From Candidatus Obscuribacteraceae bacterium (lineage in GTDB: Bacteria > Cyanobacteriota > Vampirovibrionia > Obscuribacterales > Obscuribacteraceae), in contig JBGAHS010000002.1 of assembly GCA_044226015.1 (NCBI GenBank), positions 128,001-192,000 of the forward strand: 64,000 nt of DNA. The letters run 5' to 3'. Below the pieces are notes generated by a model. The model was not told where the DNA came from, searched no databases, and was given only the letters and a program-made list of their open reading frames with translations. Each line of letters begins with the position of its first letter. The first letter of the stretch is position 1. The position numbers and the translations under genes were made by a program. Below, piece by piece: positions 40,530-50,268 of the stretch.

Positions 40530-41123
40530 ATGGGCGAAAAAACAGCAAACATAAGCATCAGAATTCCTGATGAGTACAGAAAACGCTTGCAGCTGCAGGC
40601 AGACAAGAAAGGCGTCAGCTTCCATGCTCACGTTTTGAGAGTTCTAGAAATTCACCTGATGAGCACGGGCTTCGGTCCAACGGCACTCACCTCATCCTCA
40701 GGTCGTCTATTTCAAATTCGCTGCGAACCTTATTTAGACAATGTAGAAGAAACGACCTGGGCCTTCTTCATTGATGAGCCAAAGTTCGAAAAGGAAAGGG
40801 CTTATTTCCTCATTGGAATAGGGCGTACGGTGCTGCGAGATTGGCAGGTAAAAGACAAAGCCACAGTCGCAAAAGAGGTGGGTTTGGCATTGTTGAGCTA
40901 CTACAATCGAAGAGGAATGGAACTCGACCACCTCATCTTTAGCCAGTACCCTGGGCCAGACAATGATGGAAGGCGCGTACTGCAGGTTGCGGAATTGCCA
41001 GAAACCCTGCAAGAGTTCTTAGACCTGTTAGTTGCGGAAAAGTGGACTGACAAATATGTTGAGCAATCAGATAAGAGTCAGGATATACGACGTGGGCGCC
41101 CGGACTCGGCGCTTTACCGCTAG
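40530..41123 (+). CDS. Ribbon-helix-helix (Arc/CopG-like) DNA-binding protein with an unrecognised C-terminal domain
   Basis: ANISIRIPDEYRKRLQLQADKKGVSFHAHVLRVLE. Confidence 0.8.
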   Translation: MGEKTANISIRIPDEYRKRLQLQADKKGVSFHAHVLRVLEIHLMSTGFGPTALTSSSGRLFQIRCEPYLDNVEETTWAFFIDEPKFEKERAYFLIGIGRTVLRDWQVKDKATVAKEVGLALLSYYNRRGMELDHLIFSQYPGPDNDGRRVLQVAELPETLQEFLDLLVAEKWTDKYVEQSDKSQDIRRGRPDSALYR

Positions 41124-41387
41124 AAATCACGCAGGTTCAACGCCGCAGACGCTTACAGGGCTGCAAAACGCAGCTAAATGCTTAACACATAGACTCATTA
41201 ATATCTATTTTAGAAAGCACTCTGGCGACCTACCCACTTGGCGGGAATGTCATCATTCTTGAAAAGTCTCCTGCCAGAACATCAACACAAAACATCATGG
41301 ACTTATTTGTACTTCAAAAGATGAAAACCTAATGCTAGCAAACAATACAAATGAGTCTTATCATCTTCTGGCTTAGTAAGAGTAAGC

Positions 41388-41430
41388 GTGTTATAGTTAA
41401 CTCAATACAAATTGTAGTTACGTAACTACT
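41388..41430 (+). promoter_or_regulatory. Extended -10 promoter plus palindromic operator, copy 2
   Basis: TGTTATAGT at 41389; perfect palindrome GTAGTTACGTAACTAC at 41414-41429. Confidence 0.7.
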
Positions 41431-41608
41431 TCTCGACAGGACCCAAGACAACCAAGGCTTTTTGCGAAAGGATCGGATACTTCCCCTCGAGTTATAGGCA
41501 ACCAGCATTCGGTGCAGCCAAAATCACTATCGAAGCTGACTACCACCAGATGCGGTGCCAAGCAAAACGTTTAGCAAATGCTAAATGGCTCACATAAAGG
41601 ATTAGATC

Positions 41609-42490
41609 ATGGGCGAATTCATCGCTATATTCATAACTTGTTATGTCCTGCATGCCTGCGGCATAACCATAGGTTATCACCGACTACTTTCACACAGAGC
41701 TTTCTGCGCGCCTAAGGCAGTCGAGTACTTCTGGGTGGCTCTCGGCTATCTCGCATTTGAAGGTTCACCAATCTGGTGGGCAACAATTCACAGAGCGCAC
41801 CACCGCCACGTCGACACGCCGCTTGATCCCCATTCCCCACGCTATGGTCTTGCGTATGCATTCACCGGATGGCTAATGTTGGATGAATACCCAAGCCACA
41901 TCTGTCCTGAAAAACAATCAAAAGACCTTATCAATGACCCAATCTATAGATTCTTAGAACAGGGTGGAAAACTGAAGAGAGCCCATGCGCTTTCATTCGC
42001 AATAAACTTTCTCGTCCGCGGCATAATCTGGATGGTGTTTGGACCAATTCCAGCTCTGGCAAGCTTACTTGGTGGATTGGCAGTACTGGGTATTCCACTT
42101 ATGCTCAACGTTGTATGCCATATGCCATTCCTCGGTTACAAAAACTATAAAGGCTCAGATGACAGCGTAAACGTCTGGTGGGTCGGCGTTCTAGCTATGG
42201 GCGAAGGCTGGCACAATAATCACCATGCTTATCCTGGTTCAGCTAGATCAGGTCTACACTGGTGGGAACTCGATGTTTCGTGGCTTATCATCAGCTTCAT
42301 GAGCCGATTCAAAATGGTGCATCACATAAATGACGCGATGTATCAGAAGAAAAAAGCGCACAAACTACACAAGAAAGCACCTCTGCAAACAGTTGGGGCA
42401 AGCTTACCTACAGGAATGCCGCAAATAGATTTGAGCAAAACTCGTCTGCCGCTGGAACCTGAAAAAGTAACAGTGTCTGCAAAAGCGTAG
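41609..42490 (+). CDS. Delta-9 type acyl-CoA/acyl-lipid desaturase
   Basis: His boxes HRLLSH, HRAHH, HNNHH; DPHSP, GEGW, WELD. Confidence 0.93.
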   Translation: MGEFIAIFITCYVLHACGITIGYHRLLSHRAFCAPKAVEYFWVALGYLAFEGSPIWWATIHRAHHRHVDTPLDPHSPRYGLAYAFTGWLMLDEYPSHICPEKQSKDLINDPIYRFLEQGGKLKRAHALSFAINFLVRGIIWMVFGPIPALASLLGGLAVLGIPLMLNVVCHMPFLGYKNYKGSDDSVNVWWVGVLAMGEGWHNNHHAYPGSARSGLHWWELDVSWLIISFMSRFKMVHHINDAMYQKKKAHKLHKKAPLQTVGASLPTGMPQIDLSKTRLPLEPEKVTVSAKA

Positions 42491-42824
42491 CTATTAGCTC
42501 TAGTTCGTGCCATACTCGAACTACTAATCGTGAATTCAATTGAATCGTCGTTGTCTGCATCGGCCATTTCCATGGCGATTGCCTTTGCTTGATGCACAAG
42601 CAAAATAGCTAATAAAGCTACTAAACTGCATGCTCTTTCCTAAAGCCGTCAGCCTCTGGCTGGCAAACGAAGGAAGCACAACGTACTCACTTAATGGGTT
42701 GCCGAGCGCGATGATCGCCGCAACTACCCGATCAATTTTAGAAACGCTTTTGCGTAAAAAATTATCCATCAAGTCTTCATCAATTTCGCTTTCCGATAAG
42801 TGTTTCCAACTTATTGAGGTTTTT

Positions 42825-43103
42825 ATGTCTAACAAGTTATTCGTGCGCAACCTGTCTTACGAGACAGAGAACTCTGAACTTAGTGCGCTGTTTCGCCCAT
42901 ATGGGTCGGTTCTTTCGGTAAGAATACCTGTCGATCGGCAAACTGGGCGTTGTCGTGGTTTTGGCTTTGTGGAAATGTCCACAACAGAAGCTGCAAAATC
43001 AGCAATGCAATCACTGAATCGCCAGAACTTTGCTGGTCGAAAAATACACGTCTCTGTTTCAGAAGAACGTGATACCAGAGCCACTACATACGGTATCTAT
43101 TAA
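42825..43103 (+). CDS. RRM RNA-binding protein, Rbp-like
   Basis: RNP2 LFVRNL and RNP1 RGFGFVEM; SD GAGG before ATG 42825. Confidence 0.92.
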   Translation: MSNKLFVRNLSYETENSELSALFRPYGSVLSVRIPVDRQTGRCRGFGFVEMSTTEAAKSAMQSLNRQNFAGRKIHVSVSEERDTRATTYGIY

Positions 43104-43123
43104 GAGTCCAATTCCCCAAGAGA

Positions 43124-43166
43124 GCTGCAGCCGAACTGAATATTTCGGCTGCAGTTTCGAATTTTT
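43124..43166. terminator. Terminator between convergent genes
   Basis: GCTGCAGCCGAA...TTCGGCTGCAGT, 12-bp stem. Confidence 0.8.
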
Positions 43167-43193
43167 GATTTCCATCTTGAGCACTCAGATAGG

Positions 43194-46100
43194 CTAGCTT
43201 CTGCTGAAGTGGTTATTTCCGTAGCTGAAATTCTGGTTGAAAAACTGGAACATCGGTGCTGAATTCTGTTGCACTACATTCATCGGAATTCTCTGTTGAT
43301 GCAGAGCACCAAGCATATCTGTTGTTGATTCGAGCACCTCGGTCATTATCTCTTGCGTCCGTTCGGGTCCATGAACAGAAGAAATTATCGAATGCAGAGA
43401 AGATAGCGAGCCTATATCCCTCGGCTGAAAATGCACTGGCACGTGACCAAGGCGATGTGCAGCAAAGGGAGCTGCAGAGGTGATGCACTGATATGCTGTA
43501 GCAAAATCAGCATTCGTATTGAGCGCTAGCTCGCTGCTGCATTGCATGTATTGAGTAGCCATTGGTGAGTTTAGATCGGATGGACCACTTATCTGGTTCA
43601 TAACCAGGACTTGCTCGACTTCTTCAGCGCTCAAACTTTTTGCTAGCTCGCCGTGAGCAAGTGAGAAAACTGAATCGTGCTCATGACCATGACTCTGCCT
43701 TGCAGACTGATAGGTATACGCTAGAGTCGCGACAATTGCTTGTTTTCTTCTGCTCGGGTGCATCGATTGAATTGCCGGGTTTTGCGCCGCACCCCGGGTA
43801 TCAGCTCCGATAGGAAGCCCACTTCCTACGAGAGCCTCGGTTGCAGGCCCAATATTTCGGTTCCATGGAGATTCTGTTGACTGCGGATTTGAAATCAGGT
43901 GAACTGCCATAGCATCTTTTTCATCGGTCCAATCACCAAAGTTGTCGCGCAAATAATCTGTATACGCGTTTCCTTTCTGGCGTGATACATAGGCTTGCGA
44001 CCCCTGCACAGCAGCCTCAAACATTGCATGCTGAAAGCGTTGCTTTGCGAGGGCAGTTTTATTCCAGCTACTGCCTGTATTGCTGAGCCAGTTAGCTGCC
44101 ATGTTCTCCATTAGCCCTTGCGGTTGTCTCAACTGAGAACCTGCCGCAGCAGTTCTTGCCGCATCTTTTGCCGCGTCATCAGACTTTATTCTGTTTGCAT
44201 AACCTGCGGCATACAATCCATGTGCAAGCTCAGACTCATTGGCTCCAGCAGCAAAATTCACTCGACTGACGCCACCATCAGCAGAACCAATAACTGAAGT
44301 TTTGCTCTGCCCGACTCTCAAGCCAACGCCATTGCAGCTGGTGATATCAGACAATAGTTTTCTTGTGTCTACGTGGCTCAAATTCGCCATATCCCACCCA
44401 CCTGCATCAACGGTTGGAACGTTATACATGCTCGTTTGATTTGCATTAGCTGTCGCAGCCTGCTTTGCGCTATTCGCATTAGCCTGATTCGCTTGCACCT
44501 TTTTCGCCGGACCTTGCTGGGGCATCGGCGGTGTTGCAATCGGCTGCGCGCCTACGTTTTTCATACCAGGTGAAGGCGTAAGCGGTACAGCCTCCTTTTC
44601 CGGAGGAATGTTTAGCGCAACGCCATCAGCTTTTTCCTCTGCAGTGCCCATGTTTATTTTCTGTCCATTAGCCGGGTCCAGACCAGCAGCAGCAAGTTTC
44701 GTTTTATCGTCGGGCTTTTTGGCTTCGCCGTTTTGCTTCAATGATGGTCCATTCTGAACCATATTCTTTAGAGCGCCTGAATCTTTGTCTTTGCTGGCAA
44801 CCGAGTTCAGCGAATTGAGCAGTTCCTTGTTTCCGGCTTCACCAGGAAGCCCTTTCATGCCCACGTTTTTTGTTTTGGCCAAGCCTGTATCGGCAAAGCG
44901 TCCGTCAGTGTACCAACCTACTCCATCTCCAACGGCTTTCATGCCAGCGTCCTTCAGTCCCTTCAAGGCGTCCATGCTTGCGCCCAGCACAAGTCCAGGT
45001 GTGAGGAAATCAGAAGCCGGGCTTATCTTAGCTTTCGCCAGGAAGGTGGGCACTTGAATCATCAATTGCAAAACACCAATTGAAACAAGAATCTTCCCCC
45101 ATGGGTTGAAATTGGAAAACACAACAATCGTTAGAACCTTCAGAAGCCCTACCCAGACGAAGGTCCAGAGGCTTGTTTCAACAAAAGCGCGCACATATGT
45201 TGTCGCATATTCTTCTGTGTCGGGAAGTGCGAAGAACACAAGAAAAATGGGAGCAAACATATATTGTGCTGTCAAAAGAGCTGTTTGAATAGCTTTCAGC
45301 ACGATAACATAAACTATTTCGGCAATGAGTATGCCACCGAGTATGGTGAACACCAGCGAAGATGCAAAATAAAAGAGCGAGCCAACATAAGAGCCCGCGA
45401 CTGGAAGAGCAAGATTTGCAGCTACAGGAGCAAGTACCATAGTTGCTCCTGCTCCTACAGCGACCAGCCCTCCCTTCACCGCCTGGGCGAGCGTGTATTC
45501 CAGCATCGCCACGTCTTGCGGCGAGTTGAAGTAAATTGCTTTGATCATTTCATTGCTGATTTGAATAATGAAAGCATAGATTGTCGGCCAGGCAAGCATG
45601 AGCCCGGAGGTTGCGATGAGGCGACCAACAGGACCCATCAAATTGCCTGCACCGTTCCAGGAAGCCTCAGCCCAAAACTTCCATATACATAGAATAAACA
45701 GCAGCAGAAGCAAATCAACCGCAATTCCATACATAACATCAGCAGCTTGTCTTACATATTTAGAAATGCCATCATCAGCTTTTCCATCTAGCCCATTCAC
45801 GGCAATGTTCGGATTCAGCACAAAAATTCTCAGAACTTTTGCCAGGAATTGAACCGTGTCAGCCATCCAGCCATCAATGATCTCTGACATCCACTTTCCT
45901 ACCAGCTGACCAATATTCTGGAAGAGATTGCCAACAACGTCATCTTTGAACCATTGATGCATTCCGTGATAAGTCTCGTTCACGCCACCGAGGCTAGCAT
46001 TGAGAATGTTGTTCGCTGCCTTTTGAATCTCAACTCCCTCATTTTGTTCTGCCGCCTGAAAAACAAGCGGGGAGTATTCACCCGTGAGAATCTTCGCCAC

Positions 46101-46379
46101 ACCTTTATTGATGTTTTCCTGGTTAATCCGAGAAGCAGCATCAACCTTATACAGGTTACCGACAGCATCCTCATAAATATTTGGAATAGTCGAGTCTGTG
46201 TTCGCTGCTCGACCAGAAGGCAAAATACCAGAGCCAGAACTTTTTATAGCAGACCCTGGAACTTCCCTGGTCTGCGAAAGCGCTGGCAACAGCGTCGAAG
46301 TGAATAGCAAAATTGGAATTAATGCCCAAGCAAATATAGACCGTGCTCTTGCGAGCAACGGCACAAACCACAAATCCAT
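43194..46379 (-). CDS. Extended VirB6/TrbL-like polytopic membrane protein
   Basis: Signal-like N-terminus; hydrophobic core with QTALLTAQYMFAPIFLVFFALPDT (VirB6-like signature); long hydrophilic C-terminus. Confidence 0.65.
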   Translation of the reverse strand: MDLWFVPLLARARSIFAWALIPILLFTSTLLPALSQTREVPGSAIKSSGSGILPSGRAANTDSTIPNIYEDAVGNLYKVDAASRINQENINKGVAKILTGEYSPLVFQAAEQNEGVEIQKAANNILNASLGGVNETYHGMHQWFKDDVVGNLFQNIGQLVGKWMSEIIDGWMADTVQFLAKVLRIFVLNPNIAVNGLDGKADDGISKYVRQAADVMYGIAVDLLLLLFILCIWKFWAEASWNGAGNLMGPVGRLIATSGLMLAWPTIYAFIIQISNEMIKAIYFNSPQDVAMLEYTLAQAVKGGLVAVGAGATMVLAPVAANLALPVAGSYVGSLFYFASSLVFTILGGILIAEIVYVIVLKAIQTALLTAQYMFAPIFLVFFALPDTEEYATTYVRAFVETSLWTFVWVGLLKVLTIVVFSNFNPWGKILVSIGVLQLMIQVPTFLAKAKISPASDFLTPGLVLGASMDALKGLKDAGMKAVGDGVGWYTDGRFADTGLAKTKNVGMKGLPGEAGNKELLNSLNSVASKDKDSGALKNMVQNGPSLKQNGEAKKPDDKTKLAAAGLDPANGQKINMGTAEEKADGVALNIPPEKEAVPLTPSPGMKNVGAQPIATPPMPQQGPAKKVQANQANANSAKQAATANANQTSMYNVPTVDAGGWDMANLSHVDTRKLLSDITSCNGVGLRVGQSKTSVIGSADGGVSRVNFAAGANESELAHGLYAAGYANRIKSDDAAKDAARTAAAGSQLRQPQGLMENMAANWLSNTGSSWNKTALAKQRFQHAMFEAAVQGSQAYVSRQKGNAYTDYLRDNFGDWTDEKDAMAVHLISNPQSTESPWNRNIGPATEALVGSGLPIGADTRGAAQNPAIQSMHPSRRKQAIVATLAYTYQSARQSHGHEHDSVFSLAHGELAKSLSAEEVEQVLVMNQISGPSDLNSPMATQYMQCSSELALNTNADFATAYQCITSAAPFAAHRLGHVPVHFQPRDIGSLSSLHSIISSVHGPERTQEIMTEVLESTTDMLGALHQQRIPMNVVQQNSAPMFQFFNQNFSYGNNHFSRS

Positions 46380-46628
46380 CCCTTAACCTCAATAAGATAT
46401 GTTGAATCTAATTTGTGAGTTTGAAAACGGTTTGAAAAACGCGGAAAGGATCATCGTAGATCTCCACGTCCTGTTTTCCGCGTTTAATCTTGACCAAGAA
46501 AGCAAACGCCGCAAGCCCAATCATGCAACCATGAAGAATCCCAACGCCATTCCATGCCAGCTGACAATATGCCGACACTCGTGTGGAGGACATAGAATGA
46601 AATCAATGAAGAAAGAGCGAAAGAAAAA

Positions 46629-46811
46629 ATGAGCAAGAACGTATTTGCAGATTTTAGTTTCAGCGAAAATGAACTCAATGGTTGGATGATGAACAAGCCT
46701 GAATATTTTCCTGAATCTGCTGAAGCAATGCTGGATGGAATAGCTGGGCTTTACGCAGGTCTAGATCAAACAGACGAACATACTGCTTTTTTGCTGCGTA
46801 TCATGTCTTAG
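46629..46811 (+). CDS. Small hypothetical protein
   Basis: 60-aa intergenic ORF with protein-like composition. Confidence 0.4.
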   Translation: MSKNVFADFSFSENELNGWMMNKPEYFPESAEAMLDGIAGLYAGLDQTDEHTAFLLRIMS

Positions 46812-46867
46812 CTCCATCAGGTAGAGTTTAGTATGACGTTCTTGATACCTGCAAACGGAACTAATCG

Positions 46868-47302
46868 CTAACTTCTGCACTTTTCATTCTTCGATATGCC
46901 GTGCGACTTTAGCCAATTTTCCAAGACAGATGGATTCTTCAAGACCGCCTGATATCCCCAGCCGGACCATTCAACACTAAAAAGCGAAACATGTAATTTG
47001 ACAGGCTTTTTCCCTTTAAATGCAAAGAAAAACTGATAATCACCGTGTCCGTGCGCCAACCTGCGGCCGTCATTCTTGATAGCAAGACAGTGTTGCGTAT
47101 TTAGTATTTCAGTTTTGTCGTCTGTTTGGTAAACAGTCTTACCTTCCTTTTGGACAGTTAAGTACATAGCTCCCCGTATTGCATCATCAAGACTCTCTTG
47201 AGTGGGTTCTGGCGAATTTGTTTCACCTTGACTGAACGAAGATGGAAGAGCATTTAGAAATAAACAACAGAGCAGCAAAATAGCTTTATGCACTTTATTC
47301 AT
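46868..47302 (-). CDS. Secreted hypothetical protein
   Basis: Signal peptide MNKVHKAILLLCCLFLNALPSSFS; SD AAGG; overlaps the upstream ORF stop. Confidence 0.65.
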   Translation of the reverse strand: MNKVHKAILLLCCLFLNALPSSFSQGETNSPEPTQESLDDAIRGAMYLTVQKEGKTVYQTDDKTEILNTQHCLAIKNDGRRLAHGHGDYQFFFAFKGKKPVKLHVSLFSVEWSGWGYQAVLKNPSVLENWLKSHGISKNEKCRS

Positions 47303-47588
47303 TTACCTTATCAAAAAATGCACAAGCTTGCATCATGCTATCTGCAGAGCACTTAGACGGTGTCTCAGCCTGCTTAAATAGGGCACCCATTGAATGATAT
47401 TGCGCAGGCAATCCAGAAGTAGACTCGGGTATTTTTGATTCAGCAGGCGGACTAAGCTTCTTCATCACATTGGCATTTGATTCGGATGGTTGAGTTTCTT
47501 TAGAGAGCTTTTCTGCAACCTTCTTTTGTTGGATTTGACTTCTTTCAGCTGTTGAATCAAACGTTTGAGAAGGCTTCTCGTCCGACAT
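47295..47588 (-). CDS. Hydrophilic hypothetical protein
   Basis: SD GGAG before ATG (MSDEKP...); stop overlaps the next gene start. Confidence 0.5.
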   Translation of the reverse strand: MSDEKPSQTFDSTAERSQIQQKKVAEKLSKETQPSESNANVMKKLSPPAESKIPESTSGLPAQYHSMGALFKQAETPSKCSADSMMQACAFFDKVNE

Positions 47589-47724
47589 TAGAGCACTCCA
47601 ATGACTCAAACTACCAATTTTACTTGCCCAAAGATATCAAATTCGAATCGCAATAAAGATCTACAGCGAAAAGCACGAGATCGGCAATTAATCTGTGCGG
47701 TTGGCGCTTAGAACTGCAATCTAA

Positions 47725-47760
47725 GAAACAAGAAGGGAGCAGAATTTGCGTTCTGCTCCC
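47725..47760 (-). terminator. Terminator after otsA
   Basis: GGGAGCAGAA-TTTGCG-TTCTGCTCCC. Confidence 0.8.
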
Positions 47761-47787
47761 CTCAAATAACTATTCGAATTGTCTATG

Positions 47788-49221
47788 CTATTTCTTCGAA
47801 TCTGTGTCCGAAGTAATTGCCTGGCGCAAGAAGCCGCAAGCCCAGTCATGCAATCTGTTCCATGCAACAACATGACGCATCGAAACCATGCGACGACGTT
47901 TTTCTTCTACGCCCATCGAAAGACCTTGTTGAATGCCCTCGGCAATTGAATCAGCACTAACAGGATCAACAAGAAGAGCGCCGCTCATAAGCTCTGATGC
48001 ACAACCTGCTTTTTCGCTCAACACGAGTGTGCCGAGTTCATCCTGACGGCAAGCGATGTACTCTTTCGCGATTAGGTTCAAGCCATCGCGCACTGGAGTT
48101 ACCGCCAGCACATCAGCGACTTGATACCATGCAGCTAACTGTGAATGTTCGAAATTACCAGTCATGAATACGATTGGTTCCCAACCATCACGTCTGAATT
48201 TTTGATTGATTTCAATAACTCTGGCTTTCACCTTAGCTGCATACTCATCGGTCTGCGGCGAAGTGAAGCCTGGTTGAGCCAACTGCACATAGTGCATGCG
48301 GCGATGATAGTCAGGATGCGATTCGAGGAATTTTTCCAAGCCAGCAAGTTTTTCGAGAATACCCTTGGAGTAATCGAGACGATCAACACCAAGAATAATC
48401 TGTTGCGCCAGTCGGTTTGTTACCGGAATTGCTTCGACCAGCGCTCTTGAAGAGCGAGCCAGCCGCTGCCAATAGGGATAGTCTAGACCGAGTGGCATAG
48501 CCAGAACTCTTGTGATATTTCCGCGGAACTTGATGGTCTGATTTTCTGAATCAAGAACAGCATCTGGAATCAGTTCTGCAACTGTTGCCATAAAGTTGTT
48601 TGCATACTCAGCTGTATGGAAACCAAGTACGCGATTTGCCAGCAGAGCTTCGCAAATCTCAACGCCGACTGGTGAAGCTGCAAGAAGTTCTGGTGAAGGC
48701 CACGGAATATGCCAGAAGTGGGAGAGAATGACTCCAGCATCCATTGCCAGCATTGGCGCCAGCAGCACCATTTCAAAATCGTGCAGCCAGAGCAAGGTCG
48801 GGAAACTATGAGATGCGACTTTCTGTGACTTGTGTGCAAGCATCAAGCTGAGCTGACGGAAATTTTTCCATTCCTCTGCGTCAAAGTTGGCTCTTTCCGG
48901 CATGCCATGGAAGAGAGGCCAGAGGTAGTTAGTCACTGCTTTGCTGTTTTGCGCGACAACGTCATCGCTCAGCTCGGGTCTATGAAAGCTAAAACCCGCA
49001 ATCGGCTTTTCATCCGGCTGCGGGACTCCTGAAAGTGCTATCCATTGAACTTTGGTTCCGAGTTGCTTCGTCAGAGGAGCAAGACTGGTTGCAACGCCAC
49101 CACCTTGACCAGGTCCGCGGAAAGAAAAAATCTTCAAGGTCGGCAGATGAATCTGCAGGTGTCCTAAATCTTCGGCCGTCAATGGATTTAGCAGATGTGG
49201 CTGCTGTGTGACTGTAAACAT
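47788..49221 (-). CDS. otsA: Trehalose-6-phosphate synthase (GT20)
   Basis: LWPLFH, WLHD, FWHIPWP, GVDRLDYSKG, RDGLNLIAKEY. Confidence 0.9.
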   Translation of the reverse strand: MFTVTQQPHLLNPLTAEDLGHLQIHLPTLKIFSFRGPGQGGGVATSLAPLTKQLGTKVQWIALSGVPQPDEKPIAGFSFHRPELSDDVVAQNSKAVTNYLWPLFHGMPERANFDAEEWKNFRQLSLMLAHKSQKVASHSFPTLLWLHDFEMVLLAPMLAMDAGVILSHFWHIPWPSPELLAASPVGVEICEALLANRVLGFHTAEYANNFMATVAELIPDAVLDSENQTIKFRGNITRVLAMPLGLDYPYWQRLARSSRALVEAIPVTNRLAQQIILGVDRLDYSKGILEKLAGLEKFLESHPDYHRRMHYVQLAQPGFTSPQTDEYAAKVKARVIEINQKFRRDGWEPIVFMTGNFEHSQLAAWYQVADVLAVTPVRDGLNLIAKEYIACRQDELGTLVLSEKAGCASELMSGALLVDPVSADSIAEGIQQGLSMGVEEKRRRMVSMRHVVAWNRLHDWACGFLRQAITSDTDSKK

Positions 49222-49718
49222 GGTGAACGACCTCTTGCCCGTCTTCTAACGTAATCCGATACGCCGACGCATGTTAAAGCAGGATAATATAATCGCCCTT
49301 TTAACCCACGCCCGTATATCTAGTCACTCTAGAGTAATCTATGCGCATACGGTAATCAAGTTGCATTTGACTTAATTAGTAAGAAATTAGCCGACACGCG
49401 AATTGCTGAAACCTTGTATTTATCAGCCTTCCCAGGGCTGCAAAGAGAAGCGCCTCGCGAAGTCAAGCAGCGCATGCAAGCGCAAGAAATGACACTATAT
49501 CCGACACCGCAAGTGGTGGCAGATCGCGAGTTTAGTGCACAAATCGAATTGACTCAGAGTTCCTGAAAGTAGACAGAAAGCAAGCAAGATTTAAGGCGCT
49601 TAATAATGTGCAGCATAGCCCGATCACCGCTGCAGCTTGGCGTTGGGAGAATCGAGACGATAAGTCACGCTGCCACTCTATTTGGTGCCAGCGAAGCAAG
49701 CACGCAAAGCCTGTCAGC

Positions 49719-50225
49719 TCAAGAGTTTCGCGAACTCACTTTATGTTTTGCATTGCTGCCACTCATGGCTCTAACGAGATTGGCCATCTCAATTCCTGCC
49801 ATCGCTGCATCAACACCTTTGTTTCCAGCTTTAGTTCCCGCACGCTCAACAGCCTGCTCGATAGAGTCTGTCGTGACAACGCCGAATATGGTCGGCACTC
49901 CAGTTTCTTGACCCACTGCTGCGATGCCCTTCGAGCACTCAGCACAGACGAGGTCGTAATGAGATGTCGAGCCCCTAATAACCGCACCGAGACAAATTAC
50001 TGCGTCATATTTTGCAGACTTAGCTGCCTTGCCAGCGACAAACGGAATTTCATAAGCACCAGGGCACCAGATTACTTCAACATTGTCATCATCGACACCG
50101 TGACGGCGCAGAGTATCTAAGCAGCCACCAAGTAACTTCGAGGTAATGAACTCATTGAAGCGGCTCACTACAACGCAGAATGACAGACCAGAGCCGATCA
50201 GTTCCCCTTCAATTACTTTTGGCAT
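49719..50225 (-). CDS. ribH: 6,7-dimethyl-8-ribityllumazine synthase
   Basis: [36 protein letters not shown]. Confidence 0.96.
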   Translation of the reverse strand: MPKVIEGELIGSGLSFCVVVSRFNEFITSKLLGGCLDTLRRHGVDDDNVEVIWCPGAYEIPFVAGKAAKSAKYDAVICLGAVIRGSTSHYDLVCAECSKGIAAVGQETGVPTIFGVVTTDSIEQAVERAGTKAGNKGVDAAMAGIEMANLVRAMSGSNAKHKVSSRNS

Positions 50226-50268
50226 TTCTTTCAAACTCCTCTCAATTAAAACTACAGTAGTGACCAGA

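Noticed and set aside
41414..41429. NtcA site
   Set aside because: Spacing is GTA-N10-TAC, not the NtcA GTA-N8-TAC.
42630..42824. 65-aa N-terminal extension of the RRM protein
   Set aside because: A good SD and typical RRM start lie at 42825.
46399..46696. Short ORFs upstream of the VirB6-like gene as a possible VirB2 pilin
   Set aside because: Mutually overlapping, and none shows a signal peptide plus two hydrophobic helices.
49222..49718. 500-bp intergenic region as ncRNA
   Set aside because: Only short scattered palindromes; no recognisable RNA family.
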